Assembly (NCBI GenBank): GCA_964016885.1
Contig: OZ024742.1
Span: 84,258,001-84,322,000, forward strand
DNA: 64,000 nt
Source of the DNA: Eledone cirrhosa
Taxonomy: Eukaryota
Direction of reading: 5' to 3'
Positions within the stretch are counted from its first letter, which is position 1. Each line of letters opens with the position of its first letter. Made by a program: the position numbers and the translations under genes. This document shows positions 26,881 to 41,385 of the stretch, piece after piece. A model generated the notes under the pieces. The model made no database searches. It had not been told where the DNA came from and saw nothing but the letters and a program-made list of their open reading frames with translations.

Positions 26881-29800
26881 ATGGCTGTATTGAGAGTATG
26901 ATGTTTGAATGCGCGTGGCCTGAGCTCACCTTGGAAGCAGGCAAAACTTCTAAATGACTCCAGGTCGTGCAGTATAAATGTCATGGCTATTTGCGAGTCC
27001 AGGGTCAGTAGCGAACGCCAGCTATCCCCCACCTTTAACGACTTTGAGATCTATGTATCTCTCTGTCAGCCAGGTGGTGGGGGTGGGGTTGTCGTTCTGC
27101 TGCAAAAACACTTGGGCCTCGCAACGCAAACAGTGCACTTGGACCCGGAGGGTCGACTGCTGGTACTAGACGTTGGCAGTGATGAAGGTGGAGCCTTTAG
27201 GCTGCTCGCCGCCTATGCCCCTTTTGGGGCAGCGAGGCCGGACTTCTTACAACGTCTGGAGACTTTTCTAGGGACGTCCCGCTCCTTGCTTTTAGTGGGG
27301 GACTGGAATGGTATCCTAGATGCACGTTGGGATTATGTAGGGGCATGTTCCATTAGAGGGAGGTGTAACACCCTCAAACGGTTAATCGGCCGATTTGACC
27401 TGGCCGATAGATATCGATTAGATTTTCCGACTGCGCCAACCGGACTTGGACTAACCTCAACGGATCATCTAGGTCGTACCTAGATAGGGTCCTAGTTAGA
27501 AAGAAGGATAGGGACCTACTAAGTTTTCCAGAGATGCGCATGGTTGGCTATTCAGATCACAAATTAGTGACCTGATTAGTCAACCTTGATAGAACGCATA
27601 GACAGGGACCCGGTTACTGGAAGCTGAACTTGTCCTTTCCGGCAAGTAAAGCTTACAGGGATCGGATTAGCGCTTTAATTAAGGAACGGTTGACGGGGGC
27701 TATCGTCAATAGCAGGTGGTGGGGCTCTCTCAAGAGAGAGATTAGAGTAGTCTCGATAGTTTTTAGTAAGGAATTAGCCTCAGATAGGAATAGGAAGGAA
27801 GGGGAGTTGGTAGATAGAGTAGAAGAGGCGATTAGAAGCGGCAACGTAGCCAGAATGCTAGTGTCGAGAACGGTCTTAGACCAGTTTTACAACGCGAAGT
27901 ACGAAGGCTGCGTTGTCAGAAGCAAAATACGTGCTCTAGGAAACGAGGGGGCCTAAGTTGTTAGCTGGGCCCGCGTGACAGAAGCCAAAAGTAGGATTAA
28001 ATCCACTCTCCGGTCTTTGAAGGACCAGGATGGACGGGTGATCTTTGAACCTGGACAGATGTGTGAGGCCTTTCAAAGGCACTTTGCACGACTGTTCGGG
28101 AGGGGCGGCCGGCCGGATGGGGATGTGGATTTCGGTCCATACCTCGACGGCCCACCGCGTCTTTCGAACGAGGAGGCGAAGTCCTGCGAAAGGCCGATTT
28201 CAGCTGCTGAAATAGGGCACGTGCTGAGCCAATGCGGCAAACGCAAATCCCCGGATCTCGATGGTCTTCCATACGAACTTTATGTAGCGATGCCGGACTT
28301 TTTCTCCGATCTCCTGGAGGCGGTCTACTGCAACTGGCAACAGAACGGGAGAATTCCCTGTTCTGTGACCAATGGCGTAGTCTCGCTAGTAAGGAAAGAC
28401 GAGAACAAGGGGGATGAAATAAGTAATTTCAGGCCCATAACTCTGCTAAATGCGGAGTTAAATATTTTGGCCAAGATGTTAGCAAAGAGATTGGCGCTTG
28501 TCGTGGGCAACCTGATGGGAGATGCGCAGACATGCGCTATCCCGTCCAGGTCCATTCATGACAACCTCCACCTCATGCGATACATCATAGAGAGGGTAGG
28601 AAATGAACCCGGCTTTGGTGGGGCCCTGATCAACTTGGATCAATCTAAGGCGTTCGATAGGGTTGACCATGGTTACCTGGATGCGGTGCTAGCGGCGGCA
28701 GGTTTCGGACCCCTTTTCAGGGGCTGGATTACTGCCATGCACAGCAGCTGCATCTACTCGAGGGTCAAGGTGAACGGTTACCTCTCGGAGCCGTCCAAAT
28801 CGCGCGGTCCTTCCAACAGGTGCCCCGTATTCTCCCCTCTGTATGTGCTGGCTCTCGAGCCACTGCTGCGGAAGTTGGATTTGTTGCAGGGCATCCCCTT
28901 GGAACCGGGATTGCGGAAAGCGGTAGCGGCCTACGCCGATGACGTGACAGTAATGGTGTCGAGTACCTCGGAAATCGGAGCGATCGGCACCTTACTGGAG
29001 CAATACGAAAGGTTTACAGGGACGAAGCTGAACCGGGACAAGTCCATCGGTTTGCAACTCGGGGCGTGGAGGGGCACCGATGCCCTCCGACGGCGTCGTC
29101 GGGCGCTGGACGGAGGGCTCAGTGAAGCTGCTCGGGGTTTGGTTCGGACCAGACCTCCAGGTGGAGAAAAGCTGGGATGAGGTAACGAACAGGCTGTTTG
29201 CACTGGCCCTGAAGTGGGCCGAGTGCAAATTATCCCTGAAAGGTCGGGCGGAGGTGGCGAACGCTTATATAGCGTCCGTCATCTTTTACCGCTTGACTGT
29301 CGTGCCTTGCCCAGGTGAAACGCTCACCAAAATAGAGAGCGCACTCTTCCAATTCCTTTTGAAGAGGCGGGCTCCTTTGGTGAAGAGATCCATCTGCTGT
29401 CAACACCCTTGGATGGGAGGGCTGGGGAATCCGTGGCTGCAGATGCATAAATACGCATTAAGGCTTACGGCACCTCCAGGTATTCCTCAGCGGTCAACCG
29501 GTGTGGGCCCCGTTTGTGAGGCGAGCCTTTCCGAGACTCGTCTCGCTTACCGAGCTGCAATCCTGGGTCAAGCAAAGACCGAGAAAACTGGGCGCCTGGC
29601 ACACGGTGTGTGCTTAGGCGCTCACGGCTTTCTGGCAGGCGGACCCAGCTATCAGTGGAGACTCCACCTCGACATTCTATAGAGGGTTCGTCAGCAGCAG
29701 GTGCGACGACGCCCTCGGAGAAGCCCTAGGCATGGAGGAGGAAGAACTGGCCAGCCTGTTCGGTAGGACATTTGGCCCGGGACCGATGGACAACTTCCAG

Positions 29801-30308
29801 AGGTCCCTGGCCTGGCAGTGCTACCGAGGGGCTCTGCCCGTTCGAAACAAGCTCTACAGACACGGGCGTCCGGGTAGGACCCTTCGAAAAAGTTCTGTCC
29901 GAGATGCGTGCGCGACGAAGAAACCGTCGCGCACGCATTGGTACACTCCCCGGGCGTTGCCGACCTGTGGGGCTATGTGGAACGACTGCTGTCACAGGTG
30001 GGACCAATCCGGTTGACCAGCGAGTCCATTGTTACAAACCGCCTCCCCGCTTCAAAAACGAAGGAGAGGCGGTCTCCTCTGTGTAATAGCCATGGTCAAA
30101 GAGGTTGTATGGTGGACGCGTTTGAAAGGACTAAGGTCGGACCCCTTTCTCTCCGGCCAACAACTGGTCCTTTTCTTCCGATATAATTTCGGAAGAAGGA
30201 TCAGGATGGAGTGAGAGGTGCTCCACCCCAGCCAGTTTTATGAAAAGTGGGTGAAAGTGGCGAGAATGACCCGTGTGAATGGGCCTTCTCTCTACATCAG
30301 CCTGTAGG
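26881..30308 (+). pseudogene. Tx1 ORF2 (APE endonuclease + RT), frameshifted
   Basis: NARGL, ICES, AYAP, VGDWN, YLDR, SDHK, GYWKLN, FRPITLLN, LDQSKAFDRV, AYADD, LLGVWF. Confidence 0.92.
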
Positions 30309-30650
30309 TGGAAAGAAGAAAGGAGCACCCTCTCTTTGTGCTCCTGAGGAGAAGGGTTGCACATTTTTTCGGGGGTGTGTGTGACCCCCAAAACGCCCCC
30401 TCCCTATTGAAGACTTCGATTTTTTTATTTTGTTTGTTATATTTTTGTACTCCTTTTATTGTATGTAAACCTCCCCCCTTTGTATTTGTCCCCATCTTTT
30501 ATGCCCTGGTGGCAAATAAATAGAAAGTTATCTATCTATCTATCTATTTATCTAACTATATATATATAAATATATATATATACTTTTTCTCTCCGTTTCC
30601 CCCTTTTCGCACTCTCTACTTTTCTATTTCATCTTTTATTTCTTATTATA

Positions 30651-30686
30651 TCTTCTGATAAAGGACTACTGTCCGAAACGTAGGGA
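30651..30686 (+). ncRNA. Minimal hammerhead-like motif (family F), G8A
   Basis: tctt-CTGATAA-a ggac tact gtcc-GAAAC GTA-ggga. Confidence 0.55.
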
Positions 30687-30759
30687 CTCTTTTTCTACTA
30701 TATCAAACATCAAACTAATATATATCTTCATTGTACGGTGTAGTCCGCTAGAAAATATG

Positions 30760-32020
30760 GAGTGCTGGATGTAATATGGAAACATGACTGTGTCGTAATC
30801 TATTGAGAAACGGCAAAGTACCGGATTAATTTAAAAGCACAAGTGTGCCTGAAAAGATTTAGAAATAGTAGCTTGTTGAATTAAATTAGAAAACTTAATG
30901 TCAGATTAAATTTAGAAACCATACAGCGTGTTAGATTTAAGTTCAGGATTAAATTTAGAAACATTAGTGTGACGGATTCAAGGAAGAAATCATAATGAGT
31001 AAGATTAAATGCAGAAACAATACGTTGCCGGATTGAATTATGAAACAATAAAGTTCTGTAGTAAATGTAGAAATTATACAACACCGGGTCAAATCTAGAA
31101 ATAATAAAATCCTGGATAGAATGACGAAACGTTCTAGTATCTGATTCAATATAGAAACCGAAATGTCATGTTCTAAATGTAGAATCAAACAAGAGCCAGG
31201 TTAAATGTAGATTGCAGGATTAAATATTAAAACCATAGAGTATTGGATTAAATGTAGGAACGATATACTGTATGATGAAATGTAAACATCTCGGAGTGCC
31301 ACATTAAATGTTAAATGTATAGAATACTGGATTATATCTAAATACCATAAAGTGCATGATTAAATGTAAAAACATTAGTGTTTCAAATTCTATGTAGAAT
31401 TCTATGTTATCAAATATGGAAAGAGAAGAGTTCTGGAGAGGTATAAGATTGTCAGATCAAATATAAAACGATAGAGAGTCAGATTAAACAGAGAAAGAGA
31501 GAGGTGTAATATTGTCGGATTAAAGATAGGGACATTGTCGTGCCTAATTAAATGGAGAAAACTGAAAATGCCGGATTTGCAATAATATCGACAGAATGTC
31601 TTATATTATGAAGCAAACTAATAGTGACAGTTTAAAAGTAGAAACTATCAAGTGTCGGTTTAAATGGAGAAACCATAAAATGCCGGACTAATTATAGCAA
31701 CAGTAGAGTGCCGTATTACATGAAAAAACTAAGAGCCAGACTATATATTGAAATCGTATCGTGCCGAAGAATAGTAGAATAATTAAAGTGCCAGTTTAAG
31801 TGTAGAAAATATAAAGTGACGTTTCAAATATATATGTATAAACTGTAGAATACCTGAAACTGAGATATGCCAAGTTAAATGTAAAATGTATAGAGAGTGA
31901 TTTAAAAATATGTACCATAATGTCAAATTAATTATTTAAACTATTGGTCAACTGAATATAGAAAACCTATGGAGCAAGATTAAACACAGAAAATGTAAAC
32001 CGCCGCTCAATTACATGTAG
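30760..32020. repeat. Degenerate ~30-bp tandem satellite/minisatellite
   Basis: Recurring unit approximately GGATTAAATGTAGAAACCATAGAGTGCC. Confidence 0.8.
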
Positions 32021-32034
32021 AAAGAGTAATGATT

Positions 32035-32390
<356 letters not shown>

Positions 32391-32447
32391 TATATATATA
32401 TATATTATATATATGTTATATATATTATATATATTTATATAATATAT

Positions 32448-32478
<31 letters not shown>

Positions 32479-32709
32479 TTATATATATATATATACAATA
32501 TGTTGAAAAGGTAACACATAGAGAGAGATAGTGTGCCACCAATAAAACTATGGAAGGCAGAGTAGAGACACAATTATTAAAAATATAAATTAAAATGTAT
32601 ATACGCACCGCCTTTTCAACATATTGTATTTTAAAGAGCTCAGGATTCCTTTTCCTTTGAGCACATTATTGACAGGGAATAGCGAGAGTCTATGGCTTCG
32701 TTAATTTAT

Positions 32710-32750
<41 letters not shown>

Positions 32751-32753
<3 letters not shown>

Positions 32754-32938
32754 CGAAGGAAATGTGGTAAGGAACCAGGTGGACCATAAGGCACCAAAGT
32801 ACTCAATACTTAAGGTAGTAGAGTGGGTAATAAGAACGAGTAGGGCCCCGACGGCTGAGCTCAAGCCGTTTCGACGGCTAATTCAGAATTAGCCGTCGAA
32901 ACGACTTGAGCTCAGCCGTCGGGGTCCTACTCGTTCCT
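32751..32938. mobile_element. Fold-back module family H (partial HHR, inverted arms)
   Basis: AACGAGTAGG..GACGGCTGAGCTCAAGCCGTTTCGACGGCTAATTC followed by its inverse; same family at 35371-35568 and 49777-51178. Confidence 0.85.
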
Positions 32939-33003
32939 ATATATATATATATATATATATATACAGTATATATATATATATAAATATAACATATATATAT
33001 ATA

Positions 33004-33073
<70 letters not shown>

Positions 33074-33178
33074 TATATATATATATATAAATATAACATA
33101 TATATATATAACATATATATATAAATATATATATATACATACAGTATATATATATATAAATATAACATATATATATAT

Positions 33179-33219
<41 letters not shown>

Positions 33220-33475
33220 CGTAAAATAAGAAAATTATAAAATTAACTTACTAAAATATTAGTATATATATATACAGTATATGTATATATATATATATAA
33301 AAGTGGATAAATACTTCAACAGGTACTATGTACTTGTAGAAATATGTAAGTTGTTTATAATATTTGTGGTTCAATGGTACTAATTCGAGATACCAGAACA
33401 ATATAAAAAGTAGCAATTCTCTAAATAAATTAAAAAACGATTTAAATAATCACCTGTTCTATTGCTGTTACCGAC

Positions 33476-33541
<66 letters not shown>

Positions 33542-33570
33542 ATCAAAAGATGGTTAAAAGAGTTCCATGT

Positions 33571-33638
33571 ATTTTATTATGCGCATTTCAAAAACAAATA
33601 TCATCATGCAATAACATTTGTGTTTTCATCAGATAAAA
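33571..33638 (-). ncRNA. Type I hammerhead ribozyme (family C), intact core
   Basis: ttttat-CTGATGA-aaacacaaatgttatt gcat gatgatatttgttttt-GAAA tgcgc ATA-ataaaa. Confidence 0.8.
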
Positions 33639-33720
33639 AAGGAAGACATGATATGAAGGTTAAAATACACTTGTGAATAGTGCAGTTTTAAATCAATATA
33701 TCTCACATAAACTCACCTCC

Positions 33721-33818
<98 letters not shown>

Positions 33819-33866
33819 GTATATATATATATTAATATATATTATATATATATATATTATATATTT

Positions 33867-34268
33867 GGCAGTATCGGTAGAGGGTTGGACGCCATGCTTT
33901 CTAGCGTAGTTACGTCCCTTTACAGTCTGAGTTCAAATCCCGCTGAGCTTAACTTTGCCTTTCATCCTTACGGGGTCGATAAAATAAAGTACCAGTAATG
34001 TACTATGTAATTGCTGGCCTTGTGCCTAAAGTAGAAACAATTATATATATATATAATATATATATTTATATTATATATATATATATTATATGGCAGTATC
34101 GGTAGAGGGTCGGACGCCATGCTTTGAAGCATAGAGTTACCTCCCTGTATGATCTGAGTTCAAATCCCGCCGAGGTTAACTTTGCCTTTCATCCTTACGG
34201 GGTCGATAAAATAAAGTACCAGTAATGCACTGGGTAATTGCTGGCCTTGTTCCAAAAGTAGAAACAAT
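33867..34268 (+). mobile_element. Two full-length tRNA-derived SINEs in tandem (33867-34042 and 34091-34268) within (TA)n
   Basis: A box TGGCAGTATCGG, B box GAGTTCAAATCC, conserved core and 3' AGTAGAAACAATT. Confidence 0.9.
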
Positions 34269-34320
34269 TATATATATATAATATATATATATAATATATA
34301 TATAATATATATATAATATA

Positions 34321-34357
<37 letters not shown>

Positions 34358-34454
34358 TGTATATATATAATATATATATATATAAACAAGGTTTAGTAAA
34401 TAATGAAAAAGTTTCAAAATAAATTTTAAAAAATTGACTTTACCTACTATAGTT

Positions 34455-34538
34455 ACCTTTACCGATCGGTTTCGAATCCCAAAAATAAAACGGCGACCAT
34501 ACGGCCTACGTTGCAAAGAAAGATTCTCGTCAGAAGGT
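34455..34538 (-). ncRNA. Type I hammerhead ribozyme (family G)
   Basis: Inverse copy of 34916-34999. Confidence 0.85.
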
Positions 34539-34915
34539 TCTTTTCATTCAAAGAATATAAAATTCCTGAATTTAAATCACAAACTAGCGCTATCAAAAAC
34601 TGCGTTAATTTATTAACCCGCCATTGAACCACACTGGCATTTGGTTGGACAATACATGCGTACCTTGGCGCCTTGTGCGTGAAGGAACGTATTTCATATT
34701 ACTACTACCTCCACTAACGTTGAGAACAAACTTGGTCATTCCGACTGCTGCTAGCAATAGCTGTGGCTAGTTTGACCTACCTCCTTTTGCCTCTATCTTT
34801 GCTACGGCCCTTGATAAACCTGTTCTACATCATCCACTCTCATCCCAGGAACAGTTTTTGATAGCGCTAGTTTGTGATTTAAATTCAGGAATTTTATATT
34901 CTTTGAATGAAAAGA

Positions 34916-34999
34916 ACCTTCTGACGAGAATCTTTCTTTGCAACGTAGGCCGTATGGTCTCCGTTTTATTTTTGTGATTCGAAACCGATCGGTAAAGGT
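34916..34999 (+). ncRNA. Type I hammerhead ribozyme (family G), canonical core
   Basis: acctt-CTGACGA-gaatc[~43 nt]gattc-GAAAC cgatcg GTA-aaggt; palindromic stem III. Confidence 0.88.
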
Positions 35000-35208
35000 A
35001 ACTATAGTAGGTAAAGTCAATTTTTTAAAATTTATTTTGAAACTTTTTCATTATTTACTAAACCTTGTTTATATTTGTTCTGGCTCGTTAATTTATTAAC
35101 CCGCCATTGAAACACACTGGCATTTGGTTGGACAATACATGCGTACCTTGGCGCCTTGTGCGTGAAGGAACGTATTTCATATTACTATATATATATATAT
35201 ATATACAG

Positions 35209-35240
<32 letters not shown>

Positions 35241-35254
35241 ATATATATATATTA

Positions 35255-35328
35255 ATTAAAATAACAGATTAAAGTTTAAGCAAATATCGAGCCCTCTTTG
35301 GATTTTAGTCTTCAAATTTATTATTATT

Positions 35329-35331
<3 letters not shown>
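35255..35331. mobile_element. ~75-bp mini derivative of the 17568-21262 PLE (its two termini joined)
   Basis: ATTAAAATAACAGATTAAAGTTTAAGCAAA (=17570-17599) fused to TATCGAGCCCTCTTTGGAT..ATTATTATTAC (=21216-21261). Confidence 0.85.
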
Positions 35332-35370
<39 letters not shown>

Positions 35371-35372
<2 letters not shown>

Positions 35373-35564
35373 CAAAGGAAATGTGGTAAGGAATCAGATG
35401 GACCATAACGCACCAAAGTACTCAATACTTAGGGGAGTAGAGTGGGTAATAGGAACGAGTCGGACCCCGACGGCTGAACTCAAGCCGTTTCGACGGCTAA
35501 TTCTGGACTAAAATGAATTAGCCGTCGAAACGGCTTCAGCTCAATCGTCGGGGTCCTACTCGTT

Positions 35565-35568
<4 letters not shown>
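35371..35568. mobile_element. Fold-back module family H
   Basis: Same termini as 32751-32938 but a different fold-back point. Confidence 0.85.
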
Positions 35569-35649
<81 letters not shown>

Positions 35650-35809
35650 TATAATGTAGGAGGTGAGTTTTATTGTAGTACAATAAAGCAATGCGGATAT
35701 CGGATAAGAAAATATGATGAAAACACAAATATTATTGCATGATGATGTTTGTTTTTGAAATGCGCATAATAAAATACATGGAACTTCTTTAACCATCTTT
35801 TGATCTTAT

Positions 35810-35930
<121 letters not shown>

Positions 35931-35943
35931 ATATATATAATAT

Positions 35944-35996
<53 letters not shown>

Positions 35997-36080
35997 TATA
36001 TATAATATATATATATATAATATATATATATATATATAATATATATATATAATATATATAAATATATATATATATATATA

Positions 36081-36111
<31 letters not shown>

Positions 36112-36125
36112 ATATATATAAATAT

Positions 36126-36180
<55 letters not shown>

Positions 36181-36252
36181 ATATAGAATATTATAGTATC
36201 CTGAAAGAGTAGAGGTTTAGAGGGATAATATAATATATATATATATATATCA

Positions 36253-36334
<82 letters not shown>

Positions 36335-36357
36335 TATATATATATATATATATATCA

Positions 36358-36426
<69 letters not shown>

Positions 36427-36437
36427 TATATATATCA

Positions 36438-36491
<54 letters not shown>

Positions 36492-36539
36492 TTATATATA
36501 TATATATAATATATTTATATATATATATAACGAAGGAAA

Positions 36540-37405
36540 TAGTTTGTTTAAAAATGAGTGCAGAAGGCAAAGAAGAAAAGAATGTTTAAGGAAGAAAATA
36601 TCTAACATCAAAATATATATATGTTTACGAAATATTTTCTAATGGTAATAATATAATATATTAAAAGAAATTAGTTAGGGTTTAAGTTTGTTTTTATGTA
36701 TTGTAATATGTAAAAGTCAAGCGAGCATGAAAGGATGAATGAGATAAGAGAAATCTAAGGAAGAAAAAATCTAACGTCAAAAGAATTATGTTTACGAAGG
36801 ACTACTAAGGTAATACTATAATGTATTAAAAAAATAATAATTTTTATGGCCAATGATATGAGGAAAGATGGAAGAATGGATAATATTGTGGTGAGTAATA
36901 ATAAGAATTGAGAAGTAGTTAGGAAGAACATGCACAGATTAGAGGTTAGAAATTAAAAAGAAAAGAGGAAGAAAGGAAAATGATAAAGAGGAATGATATA
37001 GAATGGGGAAAATGTATTATATATAATATAATATAATATATAATAAATAATATTGAAATAAGGTAGAAAGATGGGTTGTATTTTTAAAAGATATATAAGC
37101 CTTTGAGAAAAAAGATTTTAAACTAGTAAGGTATTAGATATTAGCTGTATACTTTATGGAATGTTCTGTGGAATTTATACAAGCATAGAGAAAATAAATC
37201 CATGCGTCTTTATTATAGAATTGAAATTATATATAATGGTAAATTTCTCAGCTAGGCAAAGATTACATGTTCTGGATAGGGAGGCATTCAAGTAAGGAGA
37301 GGCAGAACAAACTTTTCTCCAAGAGATGTTATAGTTAATACTTTTGACTTTCAAGGACCATATGAGTTCCGAGAGTGCCGTGTTAGTTCTTTTAAGTTGG
37401 TATTT
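36540..37405 (-). mobile_element. PLE 3' fragment (GIY-YIG end + 3' UTR) related to the element at 37925-41348
   Basis: Minus-strand translation [47 protein letters not shown]. Confidence 0.85.
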
Positions 37406-37494
<89 letters not shown>

Positions 37495-37496
37495 GA

Positions 37497-37665
37497 TTGG
37501 CAGTATCGGTAGAGGGTCAGACGACATGCTTTGACGCATATAGTTACGGCCCTTGCCATTCTGAGTTCAAATCACGCCAATGTTAACTTTGCCTTTCATT
37601 CTTACGGGGTCGATAAAATAAATGCATTAGGTAATTGTGGCCTTGTGCCAAAAGTAGAAACGATT
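37497..37665 (+). mobile_element. tRNA-derived SINE
   Basis: A and B boxes and core as in 34091-34268. Confidence 0.85.
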
Positions 37666-37684
37666 ATATATATATATATATATA

Positions 37685-37751
<67 letters not shown>

Positions 37752-37924
37752 CAATATGTTGAAAAGGTAACACACTAGAGAGAGATAGTGCGCCATCAAT
37801 AAAACAGGGAAAATGACAAGTGTATGGAATCTATAACCTTTGAAAGGCAGGGTAGACATACGGTAATTAAAAATATAAATTAAAGTGTATATACAAACCT
37901 CTATAACTATCGTGATATATATAT

Positions 37925-40900
37925 AAATCTGAATTCACTAAACTTCTGATTGAAAAAACTGACTCTTTTGTGAGAAGGCTTAGATGGATCACTTTTTTCT
38001 ACGACCAGCGGTTAAAACGAAATTTTTATACTAAGAACGTAACAATATTGATCATTTATTTAATCCTAGAAGAAATCCTCCTTTCAATAAAAATCTAGCG
38101 CAGTTTGAGGAAGAATTAACTAATATTATAAGAGGACTTAAATTCAAGATAAACCGTTATAGAGGACAAGAGCACCTTATAAATCTCAGGAATACGATTT
38201 CGGACCTTAATTCTTCTATAAAAGAAGTCTTAGTCCATTCCGACAAAACTAATAATTTATATGGTGTATCTAAAGATACATATAATAACCTTATCCTTAA
38301 GGAACTAAGGAAGAATTATCGTAAAACTAACCATGAGAATCTGGAATCTATAAACTGTGAAGCTTCTGAGATTATGTCCAAACTTGGCATCGAGACAAAG
38401 ACCGAACCATTCTTCCCATGAACTCCGAGGATAAATCTTAAGGATCACAAAACCAACTTTCGAACGGAACTGCCTGTTAGACTAATGGCCCCCTCTAAAT
38501 CCGATCTGGGGGTTGTCAGTAAATCCATCTTGGATAGAATTATCCCACAGGTTCGTTCTAATTGCTCTATTTCTAACTTAAATTTATGGATTGGTACATA
38601 TGATGTAATTAACTAGTTCAATGACCTGAATAATAAAAACAAACAAAAATTTATTCAGCTTGACATTGCCAGCTACTATTCTTCTATTTCGCCTTCACTC
38701 CTCAACAACGCTCTCTCTTTTGAATTTAAATATTCTGACATTACCACAGATGAACTTCTCACCGCAAGAAAAACTATCCTGGAATTCAACAACGAATATT
38801 GGACTAGAGCTGATACTTCCAACAATTTTGATATCACAATGGGTTCGTCAGATTCAGCACAATTGACGGACTTGATTGGAATCTTTATTTTGAATTCTTT
38901 AAATCGGAAAATTCCTTAACTTCGCGGTGGAATTTATCGTGACGTTGCCCTTTTTACTGTCTTAAACTGTAACTTAGTTAACCTTAATATTATTAAGAAT
39001 AATATACTTGATCTATTTAAGCACCATAACCTAAACATTGAATTTGAAAACAACGTCAAACTAGCTAACTTCCTGGATATATCCCTTAATCTTGACACCG
39101 GCCTATATTACCCTTACAATAAAGACAATGAGAATCTAAATCATGTTAATTTTAAATCTAACCACCCTATTAACGTTAAAAAAGGCTATAGTCAGTAATG
39201 TTGAAAAAAGAATCTCAAATCTATCTTCTAATAAACTTATCTTCGACGCTAAAGCCAATTATTACAATAATGCGCTTTCCACAGCCGGTTATCCTGACAA
39301 AATTAAATACAGTAAAGAAACCAATCATCGAGGGACTTATAGTAATATAGTTAGTTATAAGCATTCCAAAAACATGAAGAAAAGACCTAGATATAAAAAT
39401 ATGATTTGGTACAACGCTCCTTTTTCTCTATCTATTATTAGTAATATTCCTAAATTATTCTTTAGGGCCTTCCCTCCCTCGCATATTTATAGTAAGATCT
39501 TTAATAAACATACAAACAAATTCTCTTATTCCACCACTTCCAACATCTCTAACATTATCTCTAAAAATAATAATAAAATATTAAGTAATAAATTATATCC
39601 ATCCAACACTGTGCGTCATAATAATAGCAATAGTAAACCCGACGTCAATGTTAACTCTAGGATAGATTCCGTAAATTTAAATACGACGTCAAACGTAACT
39701 TTGTCGAATGTTCATAATACCAATCTAAATCAGGAAACTTTAGCACCTATCGTAAATATCTTCTCCAATTCAATTCCTTCTATTAATAATACTAGGTCAC
39801 TTGTTAATAACTCTGGTAATTTCTCTAATCGTAATTGCAATTGCCCTGTTAGAACTAAATGTCCTCTTAGTAACTAATGTCTTGATAAAAATTTAGTGTA
39901 TGAATGTAAGGTTATAACTGGTACTAATTCTTTTACCTATTTTGGTTCCACTTCCACTTCCTTTAAAGCAAGATTTTATAATCACAATTCTTCTTTTAAA
40001 TACCAACTTAAAAGAACTAACACGGCACCCTCAGAACTCATATGGTCCTTAAAGGACAAACATATTAACTACAACATTTCTTGGAGGAAGGTTTGCAAGG
40101 CCTCTCCTTACCTTAATTCTTCCCTATCCAGAACATGTAATCTCTTCCTAGCGGAGAAATTTACCATTATCTCGAATTGTAATTATATAATAAATAGACG
40201 TACGAATTTATTTTCGCTCTGCTTGCATAAATCCCATAGAACTTTCCATAAAGTATACAGCTAATATCTTACTACCTAATTAGTTTAAAATCTTCTTTTC
40301 TCAAACGCTTTCATATTTTTTACAAATATACCCATCTTTCTACCTTATTTCAGTATATTATAGAATATTACTCATACTATGTCGTTAGAGGTGCCCTATT
40401 TTTCTTCTTCTTTCTTCTTTTTTAATTTCTAATCTTTAATCTGCAACTTTTACTTCTCAATTACTTCTTAATTCATATTATAACTCACTATAGCATTTTC
40501 CTTATATTCTCGGCCATACAAATTTCTATTTTCAATATATACTAATATGACCATTAGTGAAATTTTGTAAACATATATTTTTTTGACGTTATATATTTTT
40601 TCTACCTTGAATTTCTTCTTTCTTCTCTCCTTCCGTGCTCGTATTAAACCTATTATTTACTTTGTCCTATTACAATACATAGAAACAAACTTGGCCCCTA
40701 ACTAATTCCTCTAAGTTCATAATTCATTTAACCTTATCTTTATTCACCTTATCTCCTTAATATATTTTATTTTAATAATACATTTTAATAAATTCCTTTT
40801 AACACATATTATTAAACCCTTCAATATATAAACCTTAAATAAATAGTATTCTTAATTCCTTTTTCTTTAATCATAAGCACCACCATTCATGAAGCTCATT

Positions 40901-41348
40901 ATCTTTTAATTTCAAAATTTTTTTAAATTATGTATTATCTTACAACGGTTTTATTAAATTTCTCTCTGTGAGACAGTGTTTCTCAGTATTAAAGGTTACA
41001 TCCACCTCTCTCTCTCACTCATTCTCTCCTTCTCATCCTTCCTTCTTATACTCCTCCTCCGTCATCCTTTCCTTATTATTATATTTTTTTTTCTTATTAA
41101 ATTCTTTCTCCCTCTTCTTTACCTTTTCCTTCCCCCCTTCCTTTCCTTTTTTCCCCAATCTCATATATCCATCTTATTTTATTTTTCATATGCTGATTTA
41201 ACACTTCACTGCTCGCAAGTGTTTTTTAAGCTTCATATCATGTCTCCCTATTATATCTGATGAGAACGCAAATATCATCCCATGATGATATTTGTTTTTG
41301 AAATGAACATAATAAAATACATGGAACTCTTTTAACCATCTTTTGATT
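37925..41348 (+). mobile_element. Degenerate, nearly full-length Naiad-type PLE (RT-GIY-YIG pseudogene ~37940-40264, ~1-kb 3' UTR ending in a family C HHR)
   Basis: KLLIEKTDSFVRRLRW, HSDKTNN, LKDHK, LDIASYY, MGSSDSA, NFLDI, IWYNAPF, CNCPVRTKCPL, YECKV..YFG..RFYNH..CLH; several stops and frameshifts. Confidence 0.9.
41249..41319 (+). ncRNA. Type I hammerhead ribozyme (family C) at the PLE 3' end
   Basis: tattatat-CTGATGA-gaacg caaatatcatc ccat gatgatatttg ttttt-GAAA tgaac ATA-ataaaata. Confidence 0.75.
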
Positions 41349-41349
41349 T

Positions 41350-41384
<35 letters not shown>

Positions 41385-41385
<1 letters not shown>

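Larger units (their letters stand above)
24820..30528 (+). mobile_element. Full-length Tx1/L1-clade non-LTR retrotransposon (copy 1, disrupted), flanked by (TATC)n
   Basis: ORF1 with CCHC knuckle, ORF2 APE-RT-zinc finger, 3' AATAAA followed by (TATC)n; (TATC)n also at 24791-24819. Confidence 0.93.
34384..35187. mobile_element. Fold-back PLE pLTR module, family G (arms 34384-34600 and 34852-35070, extension to 35187)
   Basis: Near-perfect inverted arms, each with an intact HHR; the 3' extension is duplicated at 34603-34705. Confidence 0.88.

Noticed and set aside
30760-32020. CRISPR-like periodicity
   Set aside because: No constant repeat with unique spacers, eukaryotic context, no cas genes
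33867-34268. tRNA genes
   Set aside because: A and B boxes are present but there is no cloverleaf; these are multi-copy SINE heads
36540-37405. Possible inverted pLTR of the adjacent 37925 element
   Set aside because: Many differences from 40020-40260, largely at third codon positions, and separated by other inserts; better explained as an independent subfamily copy
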